DNA of 64,000 bases from Amphiscolops sp. MND2022 (taxonomy: Eukaryota), in the NCBI GenBank assembly GCA_964187785.1, contig CAXLNC010001871.1, positions 372,001 through 436,000 on the forward strand. The letters are read 5' to 3'. The notes below the pieces were generated by a model, which was not told the DNA's origin, did no database searches, and saw nothing but the letters and a program-made list of their open reading frames with translations. Both the position numbers and the translations under genes were made by a program. Of the stretch, positions 1 to 14,549 are shown one piece after another (position 1 is the stretch's first letter; each line of letters begins with the position of its first letter).

Positions 1-2159
1 ACTTCGGTACGGAAATTTTGAGCGACTTTTTGCGGATTCATTTTGGGCGGCTTTTCAGTACGGTCAATTTCAGTGATAGTTTCTCGAACGCTATTTCAGC
101 TAGAAGTTTGGTACAGACATTGTGAACAACTGTTCTTGCGGATATATTTTTGGGCAGCATTTCAGTACGATCATTTCCATTGATAGTTTTTCGAACGCTT
201 CCTCACAGAATTTTGGCACGGACATTTTGAAAAACTGTTTTTGCGGGTAACTTTTTGAGCAGCCTTTCAGAACTGTCATTTTTGAAGGTAGCTTTCCAGG
301 ACGCTTTTCCAGCTAGCAGTTCGGTAAGGACATTTTGAACGACTCTTTTTGCGGATACATTTTGGGCAGCATTCCAGTGCGGTCATTTTTAATGATAGTT
401 TTTGAAAGCTATTTCAGCTAGCATTTCAGTACGGTCATTTCCAGTGATAGTTTTTGGAACGCTTCTTCACATAGAATTTTGGTACGGACATTTTGAACAA
501 CTGTTTTTGCGGGTAACTTTTTGGGCAGTCTTTCAGAACTGTCATTTTTGATGGTAGCTTTCTCGGACGCTAATTCAGCTAGAACTTCGGTACGGATATT
601 TTGAGCGACTTTTTGCGGATTCATTTTGGGCAGCTTTTCAGTACGGTCATTTTCAGTGATAGTTTTTCGAACGCCATTTCAGCTAGAAGTTTGGTACAGA
701 CATAGTGAACAACTGTTCTTGCGGATATATTTTTGGGCAGCATTTCAGTACGGTCATTTCCAGTGATGGTTTTTCGAACGCTTTTTCACATAATTTTGGC
801 ACGGATATTTTGAAAAACTGTTTTTGCGGGTAACTTTTTGAGCAGCTTTTCAGAACTGTCATTTTTGAAGGTAGCTTTCCAGGACGCTTTTCCAGCTAGC
901 AGTTCGGTACAGATATTTTGAACAACTGTTCTTGCGGATCAATTTTTGGGCAGCATTTTAGTACGGTAAATTCCGATGATAGTTTTTCGAACGCTTTTTC
1001 ACATAGAATTTTGGTACGGACATTTTGAACAACTGTTTTTTGGGTATCTTTTTGAACAGCATTTCAGTGCGGTCATTTTCAGTGATAGTTTTTTTTCGGA
1101 CACTTTTTCAGCTAGCATTTCGATACGGAGCTTTTCAACAACTGTTTTTGCGGATACAGTTTTTGGCAGCATCATTTCTGCACGGTCATTTTCAGTGATA
1201 GTTTTTTGAACGGTAATTCTGCTAGAATTTCTGTACGGTCATTTTGAACGACTTTTTTGCGGATACATTTTGTGCAGCATTTCAGTACAGTCATTTTCAT
1301 TGATAGTTTCTTCAGTCAGCTATCATTTCGGTACGGACAATTTGAACAACGGGTTTTGTGGATACAGTTTTGGTCAGCATTTCAGTACATCATTTTAGTT
1401 TTTTCGGACGCTTTTTCAGCTAGCATTTCGGGACGGACAATTTGAACCACAGTTTTGGAGGATAATGTTTTGGGCAGACTTTCAGTACTGTCGTTTTTAA
1501 TGGTAGTTTTCGCGGAGCTATTTCAGCTAGCATTTCAAAACGGAAACTTTGAACAATTGTTTTTGCGGATACAATTTTGGGAGCACTTCAGCGCGTTCAT
1601 TTTCAGTGATAGTTGTTTTCGGACGGCAGCATTTCGGGACGGACATTTTGAACCACTGTTTTTCCTGATCATATTTTGGGAAGCATTTCGGGACGGTCAT
1701 TTTAATGGTAGTTTTTTTGGGACGCTTTTTCAGCTAGAATTCCGGTACGGACATTTTGAGCCACTGTTTTTGTGGATAAAGTTTTGGGAAGTCTTTCAGA
1801 ACTGTCATTTTTGAAGGTAGCATTCCCGGACGCTTTTTCAGCTAGCAGTTCGGTAAGGACTTTTCGAACGACTGCTTTTGCGGATACATACCTTTTTGGT
1901 CAGCTTCTCAGTACGGTCATTTTTAATGGTAGTTTTCTCGGACGCTTTTTTTCCCTGGCATTTCAGAACGGACACTTTGAACCACTGGTTTTATGGATAC
2001 AGTTTTGCGCAGCATTTCAGTACGTTTTTTTCAGTGATAGTTTTTTGAACGCTCTTTCAGCTAGAAATTCGGCACGGACATTTTGATCGGCTATTTTTGT
2101 GGAAGATTTTTCGGCAGCACTTCAGTACGGTATTTTCAAGTAATAGTTTTTTTGAACTC

Positions 2160-3350
2160 TTTTTCAGCTAGCATTTTGGGACCAACATTTTGAACCACTG
2201 TTTTTGCGGATGAATTGTTGGGCAGCATTTCAGTGCGGTTATTTTTAATGGTAGTTTTCTCGAACGGCTCTTAAGCTAGCATTTCGCTACAGACAATTCG
2301 AACCACAGTTTTTGAGGATAATGTTTTGGGCAGACTTTCATTACTGTCATTTTAATGGTAGTTTTCGGGGACGCTATTTCAGCTAGCATTTCGCTAAGGA
2401 CAATTTGAACAACTGTTTTTGAGGGAACAATTTTGGGAGCATCTCAGCGCGGTAATTTTCAGTGGTTGTTTTTGCGGACGCTTTTCCAGCTAGCAGTTCG
2501 ATGAGGACTTTTTGAACGACTGTTTTTGCGGAGACATTTGGGCAGCGTTTCTGTACGGTCATTTTATTGGTAGTTTTCTTGGGCGTTTCTTCAGTCTGCT
2601 AGCATTTCGGTACGGACATTTTGAACAACTGGTTTTGTGGATACAGTTTTGGGCAGACAGAATTTCAGTACGTTATTTTCCGTGATAGTTTTTCGAACGC
2701 TCTTTCAGCTAGAATTTCGGTACGGACATTTCGATCGACTGTTTTCGCGGAAGATTTTTAGGCAGCATTTCAGTACGGTAATTTTAGGTGATAGTTTTTC
2801 GGACGCTTTTTCAGCTAGCATTTTGGGACGGACATTTTGAACAATTGGTTTTGCGGATAAATTGTTGGACAACATTTCAGTGCGGTCATTTTTAATGGTA
2901 GTTTTCTCGAACGGCTCTCAAGCTAGCATTTCGCTACAGACAATTCGAACCACAGTTTTTGAGGATAATGTTTTGGGCAGACTTTCATTACTGTCATTTT
3001 AATGGTAGTTTTCGGGGACGCTATTTCAACTAGCATTTCGCTAAGGACAATTTGAACAACTGTTTTTGAGGGAACAATTTTGGGAGCATCTCAGCGCGGT
3101 AATTTTCAGTGGTTGTTTTTGCGGACGCTTTTCCAGCTAGCAGTTCGATGAGGACTTTTTGAACGACTGTTTTTGCGAACACATTTGGGCAGCGTTTCAG
3201 TACGGTCATTTTTTTGGTAGTTTTGTTGGACGTTTCTTCAGTCTGCTAGCATTTCGGTACGGACATTTTGAACAACTGGTTTTGTGGATACAGTTTTGGG
3301 CAGACAGAATTTCAGTACGTTATTTTCCGTGATAGTTTTTCGAACGCTCT
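2160..3350 (+). repeat. 6-monomer HOR, ~647 bp, about 2 copies
   Basis: The diagnostic variant TCGCTACAGACAATTCGAACCACAG occurs at 2,284 and 2,931. Boundaries are approximate. Confidence 0.8.
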
Positions 3351-4199
3351 TTCAGCTAGAATTTCGGTACGGACATTTCGATCGACTGTTTTTCCGGGTA
3401 ACTTTTTGGGCAGTCTTTCAGAACTGTCATTTTTGATGGTAGCTTTCTCGGACGCTAATTCGGCTAGAACTTCGGTACGGAAATTTTGAGCGACTTTTTG
3501 CGGATTCATTTTGGGCGGCTTTTCAGTACGGTCAATTTCAGTGATAGTTTCTCGAACGCTATTTCAGCTAGAAGTTTGGTACAGACATTGTGAACAACTG
3601 TTCTTGCGGATATATTTTTGGACAACATTCCAGTGCGGTCATTTTTATTGGTAGTTTTCTCGAACGTCTCTCAAGCTAGCATTTCGTTACAGACAATTTG
3701 AACCACAGTTTTTGAGGACAATGTTTTGGGGCAGACTTTCAGTACTGTCATTTTAATGGTAGTTTTCACGGACGCTATTTCAGCTGGCAGTTCGATAGGG
3801 ACATTTTGAATGACAGTTTTTGCGGAGACACTTTGGGCAGCATTTCAGTACGGTCATTTCCAGTGATATTTTTTCGAACGCTTTTTCACATAAAAGTTTG
3901 GTACGGACATTTTGAACATTTTTTTCCGCGGGTAACATTTTGGGCAGCATTTCACTGCGTCATATAGGTGATAGTTTTACGATTAGAAATTACGCTAGAA
4001 TTTCGGTACAAATATTTTGACCAACTTTTTTGCGGATACTTTTTGGTCAGCTTCTCAGTTAGGTAATTTTCGATGATAGTTTTTCGAACGCTATTTCAGC
4101 TAGAATTTTGGCACAGACACTTTGAACGACTGTTTTTGCGGTAGATTTTTGAGCAGCATTTCAGTACGGTCATTTCCAGTGATGTTTTTTGAACGCTTT

Positions 4200-5700
4200 T
4201 CCACAGAATTTTAGTACGGACATTTTGAACAACTGTTTTTGCGGGTAACTTTTAAGCAGCATTTTCAGTGATAGTTTTTGGGACAATTTTTTATCTAGTA
4301 ATTCGATACAGTCATTTTGAACCACTGTTTTTGCGGATAAAGTTTTGGGCAGCCTTTCAGAACTGTCATTTTTGAAGGTAGCATTCCCGGACGCTTTTTC
4401 AGCTAGCAGTTCGGTAAGGACATTTTGAACGACTGTTTTTGCGGATACATTTTGGGCAGCATTTCAGTACGGTCATTTTCAGTCATAGTTTTTCGAACGC
4501 TAATTCAGCTAGAAATTCGGTACGGACATTTGGAAAGACTGTTTCTGCAGATAAATTTTGGGCAGCATTTAAGTACGGTAATTTTCAATGAAAATTTTGT
4601 TGGGACGCTTTTTCAGGTAGCATTTCGTTACAGACAATTTGAACCACAGTTTTTGAGGACAATGTTTTGGGGCAGACCATCAAAACTGACATTTTAATGG
4701 TAGTTTTCACGGACGCTATTTCAGCTGGCAGTTCGATAGTCACATATTGAACGACAGTTTTTGCGGAGACACTTTGGGCAGCATTTCAGTACTGTCATTT
4801 CCAGTGATAGTTTTTCGAACGCTTTTTCACATAAAAGTTTGGTACGGACATTTTGAACAACAGTTTTTGCGGGTAACTTTTAAGCAGCATTTTCAGTGAT
4901 AGTTTTTCGGGACAATTTTTTATCTAGTACTTCGATACAGTCATTTTGAACCACTGTTTTTGCGGATAAAGTTTTGGGCAGCCTTTCAGAACTGTCATTT
5001 TTGAAGGTAGCATTCTCGGACGCTTTTTCAGCTAGCATTTCGGTAAGGACATTTTGAACGACTGTTTTTGCGGATACATTTTGGGCAGCATTTCAGTACG
5101 GTCATTTTCAGTCATAGTTTTTCGAACGCTAATTCAGCTAGAAATTCGGTACGGACATTTTGAAAGACTGTTTCTGCAGATAAATTTTGGGCAGCATTTA
5201 AGTACGGTAATTTTCAATGAAAATTTTGTTGGGACGCTTTTTCAGGTAGCATTTTGTTACAGACAATTTGAACCACAGTTTTTGAGGACAATGTTTTGGG
5301 GCAGACCATCAGTACTGTCATTTTAATGGTAGTTTTCACGGACGCTATTTCAGCTGGCAGTTCGATAGGGACATATTGAACGACAGTTTTTGCGGAGACA
5401 CTTTGGGCAGCATTTCAATACGGTCATTTCTAGTGATAGTTTTTCGAACGCTTTTTCACATAAAAGTTTGGTACGGACATTTTGAACAACTTTTTCTGCG
5501 GGTAACTTTTTGGGCAGCATTTCAGTGCGTCATATAGGTGATAGTTTTACGAACGCTAGAATTTCGGTACGGATATTTTGACCAACTTTTTTGCGGATAC
5601 TTTTTGGTCAGCTTCTCAGTTAGGTGATTTTCAGTGATAGTTTTTCGAACGCTATTTCAGCTAGAATTTTGGCACAGACAATTTGAACGACTGTTTTTGC
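4200..5700 (+). repeat. 6-monomer HOR, ~629 bp, including a deleted monomer
   Basis: Near-identical ORF-track translations at 4,425 and 5,054 (offset 629). One monomer lacks ~14 bp (TTTAAGCAGCATTTTCAGTGATAG). Boundaries are approximate. Confidence 0.8.
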
Positions 5701-6729
5701 GGTAGATTTTTGAGCAGCATTTCAGTACGGTCATTTCCAGTGATGTTTTTTGAACGCCCTTCCACAGAATTTTGGTACGTACATTTTGAACAACTGTTTT
5801 TGCGGGTAACTTTAAAGCATCATTTTCAGTGATAGTTTTTCGGGACAATTTTTTATCTAGTACTTCGATACAGTCATTCTGAACCACTGTTTTTGCGGAT
5901 TAAGTTTTGGGCAGCATTCCAGAACTGTCATTTTTGATGGTAGTTTTCTAGGACGCTTTTATAGCTAGCAGTCCGGTAAGGAAATTTTGAACGACTGTTT
6001 TTGCGGATACATTTTGGGCAGCATTCCAGTACGGTCCTTTCCAGTGATAGTTTTTCGAACGCTAGTTCAGCTAAAATTTCGGTATGGACATTTTGAATGA
6101 CTGTTTTCGCGGAAGATTTTTAGGCAGCATTTCAGTACGGTCATTTTAGGTGATAGTTTTTCGGACGCTTTTTCAGCTAGCATTTTGGGACGGACATTTT
6201 GAACAATTGGTTTTGCGGATAAATTGTTGGACAACATTTCAGTACGGTCATTTTTATTGGTAGTTTTCTCGAACGGCTCTCAAGCTAGCATTTCGTTACA
6301 GACAATTTGAACCACAGTTTTTGAGGACAATGTTTCGGGGCAGACTTTCAGTACTGTCATTTTAATGGTGGTTTTCACGGACGCTATTTCAGCTGGCAGT
6401 TCGATAGGGACATTTCGAACGACAGTTTTTGCGGAGAGACTTTGGGCAGCAGTTCAGTACGGGCATTTTCAGTCATGGTTTTTCGAACGCTTTCTCACAT
6501 AAAAGTTTGGTACGGACATTTTGAACAACTTTTTTTGCGGGTAACTTTTGGGCAGCATTTCAGTGCGTCATTTAGGTGATAGTTTTACGAACGCTAGAAT
6601 TTCGGTACGGATATTTTGACCGACTTTTTTGCGGATACTTTTTGGCCAGCTTCTCAGTTAGATGATTTTTAGTGATAGTTTTTCGAACGCTATTTCAGCT
6701 AGAATTTCGGCACAGACAATTTGAACGAC

Positions 6730-9190
6730 TGTTTGTGCGGTAGATTTTTGAGCAGCAATTCAGTACGGTCATTTCCAGTGATGTTTTTTGAACGCTTTTC
6801 CACAGAATTTTGGTACGGACATTTTGAACAACTGTTTTTGCGGGTAACTTTTAAGCAGCATTTTCAGTGATAGTTTTTTTGGGACAACTTTTTATCTAGT
6901 ACTTCGATACAGTCATTTTGAACCACTGTTTTTGCGGATAAAGTTTTCGGCAGCCTTTCAGAACTTTCATTTTTGAAGGTAACATTCCCGGACGCTTTTT
7001 CAGCTAGCAGTTCGGTAAGGACATTTTGAACAACTGTTTTTGCGGATACATTTTGGGCAGCATTTCAGTGCAGTCATTTTCAGTGATAGTTTTTCGAACG
7101 CTAATCCAGCTAGAAGTTCGGTACGGACATTTTGAAAGACTGTTTCTGCAGATAAATTTTGGGCAGCATTTAAGTACGGTAAATTTCAATGATAGTTTTG
7201 TTGGGACGCTTTTTCAGGTAGCATTTCGGTACAGACACTTTGAACGACTGTTTTTGCGGTAGATTTTTGAGCAGCATTTCAGTACGGTCTTTTCCAGTGA
7301 TGTTTTTCGAACGCTTTTCCACAGAATTTTGATACGCACATTTTGAACAACGGTTTTTGCTGGTAACTTTTAAGCAGCAATTTCAGTGATACTTTTTTGG
7401 GACAATTTTTTATCTAGTACTTCGATGCAGTCATTTTGAACATGTTTTTGCGGATAAAGTTTTGGGTAGCATTTCAGAACTGTCATGTTTGATGGTAGTT
7501 TTCTAGGACGCTTTTTCAGCTAGCAGTCCGGTAAGGAAATTTTGAAGGACTGTTTTTGCGGATACATTTTGGGCAGCATTTCAGTACGGTCTTTTCCAGT
7601 GATGTTTTTCGAACGCTTTTCCACGGAATTTTGATACGCACATTTTGAACAACGGTTTTTGCTGGTAACTTTTGAGCAGCAATTTCAGTGATCGTTTTTT
7701 GCGACAATTTTTTATCTAGTACTTCGATGCAGTCATTTTGAACATGTTTTTGCGGATAAAGTTTTGGGTAGCATTTCAGAACTGTCATTTTTGATGGTAG
7801 TTTTCTAGGACGCTTTTTCAGCTAGCAGTCCGGTAAGGAAATTTTGAAGGACTGTTTTTGCGGATACATTTTGGGCAGCATTCCAGTACGGTCCTTTTCA
7901 GTGAGAGTTTTTCGAACGCTAATTCAACTAAAATTTTGGTACGGACATTTTGAACAACTGTTTGTGCGGTAGATTTTTGAGCAGCAATTCAGTACGGTCA
8001 TTTCCAGTGATGTTTTTTGAACGCTTTTCCACAGAATTTTGGTACGGACATTTTGAACAACTGTTTTTGCGGGTAACTTTTAAGCAGCATTTTCAGTGAT
8101 AGTTTTTTTGGGACAACTTTTTATCTAGTACTTCGATACAGTCATTTTGAACCACTGTTTTTGCGGATAAAGTTTTCGGCAGCCTTTCAGAACTTTCATT
8201 TTTGAAGGTAACATTCCCGGACGCTTTTTCAGCTAGCAGTTCGGTAAGGACATTTTGAACAACTGTTTTTGCGGATACATTTTGGGCAGCATTTCAGTGC
8301 AGTCATTTTCAGTGATAGTTTTTCGAACGCTAATCCAGCTAGAAGTTCGGTACGGACATTTTGAAAGACTGTTTCTGCAGATAAATTTTGGGCAGCATTT
8401 AAGTACGGTAAATTTCAATGATAGTTTTGTTGGGACGCTTTTTCAGGTAGCATTTCGGTACAGACACTTTGAACGACTGTTTTTGCGGTAGATTTTTGAG
8501 CAGCATTTCAGTACGGTCTTTTCCAGTGATGTTTTTCGAACGCTTTTCCACAGAATTTTGATACGCACATTTTGAACAACGGTTTTTGCTGGTAACTTTT
8601 AAGCAGCAATTTCAGTGATACTTTTTTGGGACAATTTTTTATCTAGTACTTCGATGCAGTCATTTTGAACATGTTTTTGCGGATAAAGTTTTGGGTAGCA
8701 TTTCAGAACTGTCATGTTTGATGGTAGTTTTCTAGGACGCTTTTTCAGCTAGCAGTCCGGTAAGGAAATTTTGAAGGACTGTTTTTGCGGATACATTTTG
8801 GGCAGCATTTCAGTACGGTCTTTTCCAGTGATGTTTTTCGAACGCTTTTCCACGGAATTTTGATACGCACATTTTGAACAACGGTTTTTGCTGGTAACTT
8901 TTGAGCAGCAATTTCAGTGATCGTTTTTTGCGACAATTTTTTATCTAGTACTTCGATGCAGTCATTTTGAACATGTTTTTGCGGATAAAGTTTTGGGTAG
9001 CATTTCAGAACTGTCATTTTTGATGGTAGTTTTCTAGGACGCTTTTTCAGCTAGCAGTCCGGTAAGGAAATTTTGAAGGACTGTTTTTGCGGATACATTT
9101 TGGGCAGCATTCCAGTACGGTCCTTTTCAGTGATAGTTTTTCGAACGCTAATTCAACTAAAATTTTGGTACGGACATTTTGAACAACTGT
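6730..9190 (+). repeat. Near-perfect 1,229-bp tandem duplication containing an inner ~302-bp 3-mer duplication
   Basis: Identical translations at 7,004/8,233, 7,026/8,255 and 7,516/8,745 (all offset 1,229). The inner marker GATACGCACATTTTGAAC lies at ~7,331 and ~7,633. Confidence 0.9.
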
Positions 9191-10310
9191 TTTTGCGGGT
9201 AGTTTTTTGGGCAGTTTTTCAGCGCGGTCATTTTCAGTGATAGATTTTTTCGAACACTGTTTCAGCTAGCACTTCGATACGGACATTTTGAGCAATTCTT
9301 TTTGCAGATAAAGTTTTGAGCAGCATTTCTGTTCGGTCATTTTCAGTGATAGTTTTCGAACGCTAATTCAGCTAGAATTTCGGTACGGACATTTTGATTG
9401 ACTGTATTTGCGGTAGATTTTCAGGCAGCATTTCAGTACTGTCATTTTAGGTGATAGTTTTGTTCGGACGCTTTTTCAGCTAGCATTTCGGGACGGACAA
9501 TTTGAACAACAATTCTTGCGGGAACATTTTTGAACAGCATTTCAGTACGATCATTTCCAGTGATAGTTTTTCGAACGCTTTTTCACATAGAATTTTGGTA
9601 CTGACATTTCGAACAACTGTTTTTGCGGCAGCTTTTCGGTGCGGTCTTTTTCAGCGATAGTTTTTTTCGGACACTGTTTCAGCTAGCATTTCGATACGGA
9701 CATTTTGAACAACTCTTTGTGCATATAAATTGTTGGGTAGCACTTCTGGGTCATTTTCAGTGATAGTTTTTCGAACGCTAATTCAGCTAGAACTTCGGTA
9801 CGGACTTTTTGAACGACTGTTTTTGCGGATAAGTTTTGGGCATCATTTCAGTACGGACATTTTCAGTGATAGTTTTTTGAACGCTATTTCAGCTAGATTT
9901 TTGGTGCAAACATTTTGAAGGACTGTTTTTGCGGAAGATTGTTAGGCAGCATTTCAGTGCGGGCATTTTCAGTGATAATTTTTTCGGACAATTTTTTAGC
10001 CGGCATTTCGTTACGGACATTTTGAACAACTGTTTTTTGGGAGCATTTTAGTGCGGTCATTTTCAGTGATAGTTTTTTCGAACAATTTTTCAGCTAGCAG
10101 TTCAGTACGGACATTTTGACCAACTGTTTTGCGGATACTTTTTTGAGCAGCATTTCAGTACGGTCATTTTAATGGTAGTTTTCTCGGACGCTTTTCTTAG
10201 CTAGCATTTTGGTACGGACATGTTGAACAACTGTCTCGGCGGAGAAAGTATTGGGCAGCATTTCGGTACGGGCATTCTGAACCACTATTTTTGCGGATAA
10301 AATATTGGAC

Positions 10311-11090
10311 GCTTCTGTTTTGTTCATTTAATTGGAAGAGAGCAGCGCCTAATGCAATAAGTGAAGCATCGACTGTGATAAAAAATGGATGTTTCGTATT
10401 TGGTATTGTAAGTTCTGTTTCAGAAGTGAGGGACATTTTCAGTTTTTGGGAGAGACGTTCATGTTCATCTGTCCATTTCCATGGAGTGTTCTCATGTAAA
10501 AGATCGTAAAACGGTTTAAGGTTAATATGTAGTTTTTCAATAAATTTTGTGTAAAAGTTGAGTGCGCCGATGAAACTCAATAATGCAACTTTGCCAGTAG
10601 GAGAAAGAATTTTATGAATAGCTGCAATTTTTGAATGAATTGGTTTATTTGTATTATAATCAATTTCATGTCCAAGAAATTTGACTTTAAGGAGCATGAA
10701 AAAGGATTTTTCAGGAGCCTGTTTAAGATTGTTTTTTGTACTTATGATGTGTAATTGTTCTTTAAGTTGGAACATGTGTTCTTTAGAGTCAGATAAAAGT
10801 AAGATATCGTCAATGTAAACAAGGACAAAACCTTGTTCTTTTTAGAGTTTTAAAGAAGGTAGACATTTGTTTTGTAAAGAAGTTTGGGAGTCCTTTGAGA
10901 CCATAGAAGCCTCTCATAAAAGCAAAGAGTTTATCACCTGATGAAAAACTGGTAAGTTTAATAGTGTCTTCATCGAGAGGTGCATGTGCAAATGCGTACA
11001 TGAGGTCAATTGTAGATTTGTTTTGTTTGCTCGTGCTAATTGGGGAGCAAGAGGTTCAATAGGCCAAGATTCATCAGATTGTTCTGAATT
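10311..11090 (-). mobile_element. pol: Internal Ty3/gypsy-type pol fragment (RT core to start of RNase H), frameshifted, no LTRs
   Basis: Minus-strand reading across two frameshifts: SEQSDESWPIEPLAPQLARANK / STIDLMYAFAHAPLDEDTIKLTSFSSGDKLFAFMRGFYGLKGLPNFFTKQM / QGFVLVYIDDILLLSDSKEHM...KVKFLGHEI...LLSFIGALNFYTKFI...KPFYDLLHENTPWKWTDEH...PFFITVDASLIALGAALFQ. The YIDD motif is at 10,806-10,817. Confidence 0.95.
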
Positions 11091-14000
11091 TGTCATTTTC
11101 ACTGGTAGTTTTCACGGACGCTTTCTCAGCTAGCATTTTGGTACAGACATTTTGAACAACTGTTTTTGCGGGTAAAGTTTTGGGCAGCAATCAGTATAGT
11201 CATTTTTAATGGTAGTTTTTTCGAACGGTTTTTTTGGTAGCATTTCGATACGGGCATTTTAAAGGGCTGTTTTTGTGAATACATATTTGGGCAGCACTCC
11301 AGTACGGTCATTCTAACGGTAGTTTTCTCGGACGCGTTTTCAGCTAGCTTTTCGGTGCGAATATTTTGACCAACCGTTTTTGCGGATACATTTTTGGGCA
11401 GCATTTTAGTACGGTCATTTTTATTAATAGTTTTTTCGAATGGTTTTTCAGCTAGCATTCTGATACGGACATTTTGAACGACTGTTTTTGTAGATGAAAC
11501 TTTGGACAGCATTTCAGTACGGTCATTTTAATTGGTAGTTTTCTCGGCCGATTTTTCAGCTAGATTATTGGTACGGAGATTTTGAACAACCTTTTTTTGT
11601 GGATAAAATTTTGGGCAGCATTTCAGTACGGTCAGTTTATTGGTAGTTTTATCGGACACATTTTCTCCTAGAATTTCAGTACGGACATTTTGAACGAGTG
11701 TTTTTGCGGATAAATTTTTGGGCAGCATTTCAGTACTGTCATTTTAATGGTAGTTTTCGCGGACTCTTTCTCAGCTAGCATATCGGTACAGACATTTTGA
11801 ACAACTGTTTTTGCGGGTAAAGTTTTGGGCAGCAATTCAGTATGGTCGTTTTTAATGGTAGTTTTCGCGGACGCTTCTTCATGTATCATTTTGGTACGGA
11901 CATTTTGAACCACTGTTTTTGTGGATACATTTCTGGGCACCAATTCAGTACGGCCTATTTAAAGGTAGTCTTCTCGTTTTGCGGATACATTTTCAGTACT
12001 GTCATTTTTACTGGTAGGTTGTTCGGGATGCTTTTTCCCCTAGCATTTCAGTACGGACATTTTGAACGACTATTTTTGCGAATACATTTTTTGGGCAGCA
12101 TTTCAGTACTGTCATTTTTACTGGTAGTTTTCGCGGACGCTTTCTCACCCAGCATTTTGGTACAGACAATTTGATCAACTGTTTTTGCGGGTAAAGTTTT
12201 GGGCAGCAATTCAGTATGGTCATTTTTATTGGTAGTTTTTTCGAACGGTTTTTCAGCCAGCATTTTGATACGGGTAATTTGAACGGCTGTTTTTGTGGAT
12301 ACATTTTTGGGCAGCATTTCAGTACCGTCATTTTTGGTGTCAGTTTTTTCGGACGAATTTTTCCCTAGCATTTCAGTACGGACATTTTGAACGACTGTTT
12401 TTGCGAATACATTTTTTGGGCAGCATTTCAGTACGGTCATTTTAATTGCTAGTTTTCTCGGACAATGTTTCAGCTACAATACAAGTACGGACATTTTGAA
12501 CAACTGTTCTTGCGGGTAAAGTTTTGGGCAGCATTTCAGTGTGGTCATTTTAATGGTAGTTTTCTCGGACGCTTTTTTTCCTAGCAATTCAGTACGGACA
12601 TTTTGAACGACTGTTTTTGCGGATAAATTTTTGGGCAGCATTTCAGTACTGTCATTTTTACTGGTAGTTTTCGCGGACGCTTTCTCACCTAACATTTTGA
12701 TACGGACTTTTTGAACGACTGTTTTTGTGGATACATTTTTGGAAAGCATTTTAGTACCGTGATTTTTGGTGTCAGTTTTTTCGGACGGGTTTTTCAGCTA
12801 GAATTTCGTTACGGATTTTTTGAACAAGTGTTTTTGCGGGTAAAGCTCTGGGCAGCAATTCAGTATGGTCATTTTAATGGTAGTTTTCGCGATCTCTTCT
12901 TCAACTAGCATTTTGGTACGGACATTTTGGACGATTGTTTTTGCGGTATAATTTTGGGCACCAATTCAGTACAGTCAATTTAAAGGTAGTTTTCTCGGAC
13001 GCTTTTTCAGCTAGCTTTATGGTACCAATTTTCTGACCAACCGTTTTTGCGAATACATTTTTGGGCAGCATTTCAGTATGGTCATTTTTAATAGTAGTTT
13101 TCTCGGACGGTTTTTCCCCTAGCATTTCAGTACGGACATTTTGAACGACTGTTTTTGCGAATACATTTTTTGGACAGCATTTCAGTACTGTCATTTTTAT
13201 TGGTAGTTTTCGCGGACGCTTTTTCACCTAGCATTTTGGTACAGACAATTTGAACAACTGTTTTTGCGGCTGAAGTTTTGGGCAGCAATTCAGTATGGTC
13301 ATTTTTAATGGTAGTTTTTTCGAACGGTTTTCCAGCTAGCTTTTTGATACGGGCAATTTGAACGGCTGTTTTTGTGGATACATTTTTGGGCAGCATTTCA
13401 GTACCGTCAGTTTTGGTGTCAGTTTTTTCGGACGGTTTTTTCCCTAGCATTTCAGTACGGACATTTTGAATGACTGTTTTTGCGAATACATTTTTGGGCA
13501 GCATTTCAGTACGGTCATTTTAATTGGTAGTTTTCTCGGACAATTTTTCAGCTAGAATACAAGTACGGACATTTTGAACAACTGTTCTTGCGGGTAAAGT
13601 TTTGGGCAGCATTTCAGTACTGTCATTTTTACTGGTAGTTTTCGCGGACGCTTTCTCACCTAGCATTTCGATACGGACATTTTGAACGATTGTTTTTGTG
13701 GATACATTTTTGGACAGCATTTCAGTACCGTCGTTTCTGGTTTCAGTTTTTTTTGGACGGTTTTTTCAGCTAGAATTTCGTTACGGATGTTTTGAACAAG
13801 TGTTTTTGCGGGTAAAGCTCTGGGCAGCAATTCAGTATGGTCATTTTAATGGTAGTTTTCGCGATCTCTTCTTCAACTAGCATTTTGGTACGGCCATTTT
13901 GGACGACTGTTTTTGCGGTTTATTTTTGGGCACCAATTCAGTACAGTCAATTTAAAGGTAGTTTTCTCGGACGCTTTTTCAGCAAGCTTTTTGGTACGGA

Positions 14001-14549
14001 TTTTTTTGACCGACCGTTTTTGCGGATATAAATTTGGGCAGCATTTCAGTATGGTCAATTTAAAGGTGGTTTTCTCTGACGCTTTTTCGGCTAGCTTTAT
14101 GGTACCAATTTTCTGACCGTTTTTGTGAATACAATTTTGGGCAGCTTTTCAGTATGGTCATTTTTAATGGTAGTTTTCTCGGACGGTTTTTCCCCTAGCA
14201 TTTCAGTACGGACATTTTGAACGACTGTTTTCGCGAATACATTTTTGGGCAGCATTTCAGTACCGTCATTTCAATGGTAGTTTTCTCAAACGCTTTTTCG
14301 GCTAGCTTTTCGGTACGGATACTTTGACTGACCTTTTTTGCGGATACATTTTTGGGCAGCATTTCAGTACGGTCATTCCTAATGGTAGTTTTCTCGAACA
14401 GTTTTTCAGCTAGCATTTCGATACGGACATTTTGAACGACTGTTTTTGAGGTAGATTTTTGGGCAGCATTTCAGTACGGTCATTTTAATTGGTAGTTTTC
14501 TCGGACAATTTTTCAGCTAGAATACAAGTACGGACATTTTGAACAACTG

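Larger units (their letters stand above)
1..10310 (+). repeat. Tandem satellite array, left subfamily (~104-108 bp monomer)
   Basis: The GGTAC anchor recurs at 6, 110 and 215 (GGCAC). Approximate monomer: GCTAGCATTTCGGTACGGACATTTTGAACAACTGTTTTTGCGGATACATTTTGGGCAGCATTTCAGTACGGTCATTTTCAGTGATAGTTTTTCGAACGCTATTTCA. The ...CAGTGATAG... variant of the second half predominates. The array continues past the window start. Confidence 0.98.
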
